From NCBI GenBank assembly GCA_002269645.1, contig NIVC01000807.1:62001-126000 (forward strand): DNA of 64,000 bases. The letters are read 5' to 3'. The notes under the pieces were generated by a model. It did not search any database. It worked only from the letters and a program-made list of their open reading frames with translations, and was not told the origin of the DNA. Positions 60,001-64,000 of this stretch are shown here, one piece after another. Each line of letters starts with the position of its first letter. Positions within the stretch are counted from its first letter, which is position 1. Source of the DNA: Macrostomum lignano. Its lineage: Eukaryota. Position numbers and translations under genes: made by a program.

Positions 60001-63000
60001 AATTACCCGATCAACTAATTACCCGATCAACTAATTACCCGATCAACTAATTACCCGATCAACTAATCACCCGATCAACTAATCACCCGATCAACTAATC
60101 ACCCGATCAACTAATCACCCGATCAACTAATTACCCGATCAACTAATTACCCGATCAACTAATTACCCGATCAACTAATCACCCGATCAACTAATCACCC
60201 GATCAACTAATTACCCGATCAACTAATTATCTGTTTAACTAATCATCTAGTCAACTAATCACCCGATCAACTAATCACCCGATCAACTAATCACACGATC
60301 AACTAATCACCCGATCAACTAATCACCCGATCAACTAATCACACGATCAACTAATCACCCGATCAACTAATCACCCGATCAACTAATCAAGCAATTTCCA
60401 GCGCTCAGAATCAGTCACAAATCCATAGCGAGTCACCTTGGTGTGGTAAATCTCGGGATTCGCGGTTGCATTGGGCGCCAGCCAGGTCCTGTTGAGATCC
60501 ACCACGGCTAGGGAGCAGCGGTGATTGCCGTTGATCACTCCGTCGGGATTCAGCATTGGAGCGATTTTAAACACAAATCGACTGCGAAGGGTCCTGTTTG
60601 TGGGTCGGGGAATCGATCAGCAATCCGAAAAACTTGAAGGTTTCTCCTATTATAATGCATGCGTTTTATAGTAATTTTTAGCTACTAATAACGAGTAACA
60701 CACGCGGCACTGTTATCCCTATGGTCTTTGTACACCAATAGACATCCGCTATCCCTATGGTCTTTGTACACCAATAGACATCCGCTGTCCCTATGGTCTT
60801 TGTACACCAATAGACAACTGGCACAGACCGATAGCTAAGCCAAACATTTCACCTGGCAGCGGAGCTGAGCAGGTGGGCTACCAGGCCGCGCACAACCCAG
60901 CTGGCGTTGGCCTCGCCCGGATGCACCCGGCCGCTGATGAAGACGCACGGTCGCTGCTGCCGCGGCTCCTCGCTAGCTGACGCCGCGGTCACAGTCAGCA
61001 ATGGCAGGCGGTTGCCGCCAAGCGACTGGCACAGCCACTGCTGATGATAAGCGATGCTGGCGTCCCGGCTGGCAAGGAGTCGCCAGTCGCGCAGGTCAGC
61101 CATCAGCCTGGAGTAGGTGTACGGCACATAGTAAGCCAAATAGCAGATATCGCCAGAGTGCCGGAATGCAATAGAAAACGATGCGGTGTAGTAAGGCTTA
61201 GTGCCGGCCTGCTTAGCGCGCTGGTAGTGGTTGCGATAGTAGCAGACTCGAGTGCCGACTCGCAACCAGTGCGGCCTGCTCAGCTGGGCCTCCCTGCTGC
61301 TGTACATCAGCGGCCGCATGCCGCAATTGAACTGCGAGTTGGGCTTCTCGCAGTTGATAACGTTGAAACGATAGGCTGCCCCGGGCTGGACGTTGGCCAA
61401 GCGGAAGTAGAACCACTGCGTCTGGCCTCGGTGGCCAATGTCCGGGCACAGCAGCAGGTCGTATTCGCGTTCCCGGATCTGGATGGCTCGACGCAGATTG
61501 CCAGACTCGAAGCGCGACTCAAATGTCAGGTGATCAACTGAGCCAGAGCCTATTGGGGACAGTTTCTCATCGCTGGCTGGTGGAGGCGGCTGGTGCTGCT
61601 GGTGCTGCTCAGCAACAATGGCATCAAGGTCGTAGACAACTCGGTTCAACACGTCGGACGGGTCGATCCACCTGGTCAGAAGCAGGTCGAGATGAGTGAA
61701 TGCATATGTACCTTAATGAGCAGTGAAATTGGGATCTTTTGTCTCAATACAAAATATAGAGATGTCAATTCAAAGAGCGGGGATGCCTATTTAAAGTGTA
61801 GGAAAGACAGATACACTGGTTCAATAAGCGGAGATGCCGATCCTTAAGCGGAGATGCCAATTCATTAAGCGGAGATGCCAATTCATTAAGCGGAGATGCA
61901 GATTCATCAAGCGGAGATGCAAATTCATTAAGCGGAGATGCCAATTCATTAAGCGGAGATGCCAATTCATTAAGCGGAGATGCCAATTCATTAAGCGGAG
62001 GATGCCAGTACATCAAGCGGAGATGCCGATTCATTAAGCGGAGGATGCCAGTACATCAAGCGGAGATGCCGATTCATTAAGCGGAGATGCCGATTCATTA
62101 AGCGGAGATGCAAATTCATTAAGCGGAGGATGCCAGTACATCAAGCGGAGATGCCGATTCATTAAGCGGAGATGCCGATTCATTAAACGGAGATGCAGAT
62201 TCAACAAGCAGAGAAACCGATTCAACAAACAGAGATACCGATTCAACAAGCAGAGAAACCGATTCAACAAACAGAGATACCGATTCAACAAGCAGAGAAA
62301 CCGATTCAACAAACAGAGATACCGATTCAACAAACAGAGAAACCGATTCAACAAACAGAGATACCGATTCAACAAACAGAGAAACCGATTCAACAAGCAG
62401 AGATACCGATTCAACAAACAGAGATACCGATTCAACAAACAGAGATACCGATTCAACAAACAGAGATACCGATTCAACAAGCAGAGATACGGATTTAATA
62501 AGCAGAGAAGTCAATTAGCAACCTAAGTTTCTACTAAGAAGTTATCAAGCCAACCTTCTAGCATCGTCAAGCATCAGCTCCATGGCGCATTCGCTTCGCC
62601 GAGTGTCGCAAGGCTCCCGATGCGGCGGCGGACTGACGCTGACCAGCTCCGGGCCAGCCGTGATGGCGAACTCCGCTACCGACCGGACGGCGGCTGCAGC
62701 TGGTGCAGGCGCTGCTGAAGTCGTCGCTGGCGATGGCTCCGGCCAGCCGCCGATGCTGCGGCTGCGAGCGAACGGTTGAGCAGCGGCCGGAGCCAGCAGA
62801 GCCGACGTGGCCGACACAGACAGACGGCCGCCAATCTCAGTGGCCGACGCTGGCTCTGTCGGCTGTCCGAGGGCCAGCCCGTCCAGACTGGGCAGGCTTG
62901 GCGACGGCGTCAGTGGCGCAGTCGACGCCGGACAGCAGGTGCAGCAGTCGGACAGCTCGGGCTCCAAGTGGCCGTAGGCGGCGCGAAGCTCCTCGGCTGA

Positions 63001-63912
63001 GCGCGGATCCGCGCCTCCGACAGCCGCATCGTCGGCAAATTCGTCAGACGGCTGCTGTTGCTTCTGAACGTCGGCATCGTCCGAACTGTCGTCCTCGTCG
63101 CTGTTGACAGCGGCAGCAGCAGCCCCGGCGGCGGCGTCTGCTGAATCGTCCGACGCAACTGCGACTGCGGCTGCGGCGGAGCTGGTGGAGCTGACCAGCA
63201 GTTGGAGCAGCGCCGGTGTGTAAGGCGACAGCAGGCTGGGCGCCGGCAGGCATGCGCGGGGCGCGCTCTGACGCAGAATTATACAGGCGCCAGCGTTGAG
63301 GAGCTCGCCAGCTGAGGAGGCCGGGCCGGCCAAGCAGTGGCGGTAGAGGCTGGCCGGCCCGCCGGCCGAATGGAATGCAGCCCGGCCAGCCTTGCTGGCA
63401 GTGACATTGCGCAGGGTGTGGACAATCGCTCGCAACAGATAAGTGCGTTGCTGTTGCTGCCGCTGACGTGCGCTGGCAGAAGCGGCCGCCGTTGTAACCA
63501 CAGAGGCATTCAGCAGCTCCACCAGCGTAGCCGCTGCGCCGCCAGTGATGGCGCGACTGGCATTGGCGCGCGCCCGGGTCAACTGGCTGAGCGCCTCCGC
63601 TGCGCGCCGCGCCGGACCGCCAGGCAGAGGCTGGCGCCGACCCGCGGCAGCTGCTGATGCGCCAGTGCTGGCGCCGCCAACACCGCGATGACTCTCGGAC
63701 AGCAGGCGAAGTAGCAGCTGGACGGCGCCGTGTCGGCCAAGGCTGGTCGAGCTCTGCCGGCTGAGGGCGTAGGCGCGCAACAGCCGCAGGAGGCTCTCGG
63801 CGCCCCGAGTGGACAGTCCGTGGCGCAGGAGGCTCAGTACCACCGGGGCGCACTGGCACAGCCTGGCTTTGGTGGCCAGCCGTTTGTCTTTGGGCGCCAG
63901 CTTGGCGAGAAC
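56706..63912 (-). CDS. AGTPBP1: Cytosolic carboxypeptidase 1/4-type tubulin deglutamylase (AGTPBP1/Nna1 family, M14D); 5' exons lie right of the window; two apparent 1-nt deletions in exon 59020-58699
   Basis: Exons 63912-62555, 61671-60853, 60593-60437, 59020-58699, 57996-57701 and 57000-56706. Motifs: [40 protein letters not shown]-like YYVPYTYS, zinc ligands SGRVHPGE and [19 protein letters not shown], catalytic YTLEAS. The long helical N-terminus ([18 protein letters not shown]) fits the CCP1/CCP4 branch. Confidence 0.92.
57095..57440. repeat. 21-bp minisatellite
   Basis: GCGTCACCAATATGGCTAATA. Confidence 0.93.
57701..57996 (-). CDS. AGTPBP1: CCP1-like exon with catalytic Glu ([12 protein letters not shown]...YTLEAS...TRELEEMG)
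   Basis: Acceptor CCCCAG|GTG, donor AG|GTTAGC phase 2. Confidence 0.93.
58075..58672. repeat. 21-bp (18-21) minisatellite
   Basis: GAGAACCCGCTCACACAAC(T/A)G. Confidence 0.93.
58699..59020 (-). CDS. AGTPBP1: CCP1-like exon with third zinc ligand (DCHGHS); frame broken twice as assembled
   Basis: Acceptor CCTCAG|GGC, donor AAG|GTGCGG. The exon is 322 nt where 324 is needed; homology switches frame at the C4 runs 58920-58917 and 58732-58729. Confidence 0.85.
59050..60388. repeat. 16-bp minisatellite
   Basis: CCGATCAACTAATCAC, with recurrent ATTATCTGTTTAACTAATCATCTAGTC variant blocks. Confidence 0.95.
60437..60593 (-). CDS. AGTPBP1: CCP1-like exon ([28 protein letters not shown]...YHTK)
   Basis: Acceptor AAACAG|G, donor AAG|GTGACT. 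Confidence 0.95.
60708..60815. repeat. 36-bp repeat, 3 copies
   Basis: CCCTATGGTCTTTGTACACCAATAGACATCCGCT(A/G)T. Confidence 0.9.
60853..61671 (-). CDS. AGTPBP1: CCP1-like exon: N-domain (FESGNL) and start of carboxypeptidase domain (GRVHPGE)
   Basis: Acceptor GACCAG|G, donor AG|GTGAAA, phase 2/2. Confidence 0.95.
61845..62500. repeat. Two abutting 21-bp minisatellites
   Basis: AAGCGGAGATGCCAATTCATT (61845-62190) grading into GATTCAACAAACAGAGATACC (62190-62500). Confidence 0.93.
62555..63912 (-). CDS. AGTPBP1: CCP1-like N-terminal helical and low-complexity exon
   Basis: Acceptor CTCAG|GTT at 63913; open 1358 nt; donor AG|GTTGGC phase 2. Confidence 0.88.
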
Positions 63913-64000
63913 CTGAGAGTTGAGTAGAGTAGACCAGCTTTTGTATATTTGTACTTATATGTGTTAGTCTATATGTTTGTCTATACAACTATTATACCTG

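Noticed and set aside
56675-62514. Repeat ORFs such as ANSVTN, TTGEPAH, RCQFIK and IQQTEI
   Set aside because: 21-bp (multiple-of-3) intronic arrays naturally give open periodic frames; they lie between phase-matched CCP1 exons.
62582-63988. Alternative-frame and antisense ORFs overlapping CCP1 exons (also 61044-61541 and 57762-58703)
   Set aside because: By-products of GC-rich coding sequence; only the frame with CCP1 motifs has matching splice sites.

Overview
Animal (eukaryotic) genomic DNA read with the standard genetic code; every splice site I could resolve is GT-AG. The GC-rich, Ala/Gln-rich exons and minisatellite-filled introns resemble a flatworm such as Macrostomum, but that is inference. 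Three spliced genes lie on the minus strand. TOP3B has 7 coding exons from 23863 to 567, with its last exon(s) beyond the left edge. SPOP/roadkill has MATH-BTB-BACK exons from 43229 to 28258 plus an in-frame Gln/His-rich upstream exon that contains no AUG. A CCP1/AGTPBP1-type cytosolic carboxypeptidase has 6 exons from 63912 to 56706, its 5' end lies beyond the right edge, and one exon carries two 1-nt frameshifts. A small two-exon gene for an unrecognised secreted six-cysteine protein sits on the plus strand inside TOP3B intron 6. Roughly 24 kb (over a third of the window, hand estimate) is tandem repeat. 17 of the 18 coding introns of the three main genes carry their own array, most starting within about 60 nt of the 5' splice donor, and unit lengths cluster at 16, 20-22, 26, 32 and 36-37 bp. 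Dispersed repeats include a CORE-type SINE, seven copies of a second tRNA-derived SINE family and small TIR elements with 8-bp TSDs. An intergenic transposon cluster at about 49-55 kb is almost free of CpG and shows CCGG-to-CTAG decay. All coordinates were derived by hand: exon boundaries are checked for phase, repeat boundaries are approximate.
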